Under the pieces are notes generated by a model. It worked only from the letters and a program-made list of their open reading frames with translations, made no database searches and was not told the origin of the DNA. Shown piece by piece: positions 19,801-20,000 of a DNA stretch of 20,000 nt. Source of the DNA: Albugo candida. Its lineage: Eukaryota. Each line of letters begins with the position of its first letter. The stretch's first letter is position 1. The position numbers and the translations under genes are program-made. The DNA is taken from positions 297,096 through 317,095 of the forward strand of contig JBDOQK010000043.1 in assembly GCA_040437565.1 (NCBI GenBank), in the 5' to 3' direction.

Positions 19801-20000
19801 CTTCTCCATTTGCCGGATACTAAGTAACCCGCTAATTTAGTAAAAACACCTAAAAAAACAGCTTTTTTCAACTCTTTCCTCTCGAAAACAATGGTCAAGT
19901 CGACATATCGACACAACCCAGAGTGCTAGCGTCCACTTGTAGTGACGTGGCAACCCTCATGAGTCACCCAGTATTGGGTGAGTGCATGATTGTTGATGAG

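Overview
Eukaryotic DNA, most likely an oomycete of the Albugo (white rust) type. This is inferred from ~50-bp introns, dense gene packing and a CxxCxxxxxG ('CCG') effector. The first 2.7 kb is a compact housekeeping cluster: the 3' end of a Fes1/HSPBP1-like gene, a LYR-motif/zinc-ribbon gene, a 3-exon ClpP, and head-to-head with it RPS8, whose 192-bp intron folds into an extensive RNA structure. The rest resembles an accessory 'birth-and-death' region. It holds a secreted pepsin-fold pseudo-protease with both catalytic motifs degenerate and one in-frame TAG, and a POL5/MYBBP1A gene plus a pseudogenised direct duplicate. The two POL5 copies bracket a 643-aa CCG effector candidate built from about five ~105-aa CxxC modules, with a 38-bp tandem repeat in its promoter. 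Decayed minus-strand gene relics, a ~515-bp tandem duplication and a degenerate Ty1/Copia 3' half with LTR follow. Three 100-N scaffold gaps and an apparent collapsed repeat complicate the POL5 region. All calls are by eye; no searches were run.
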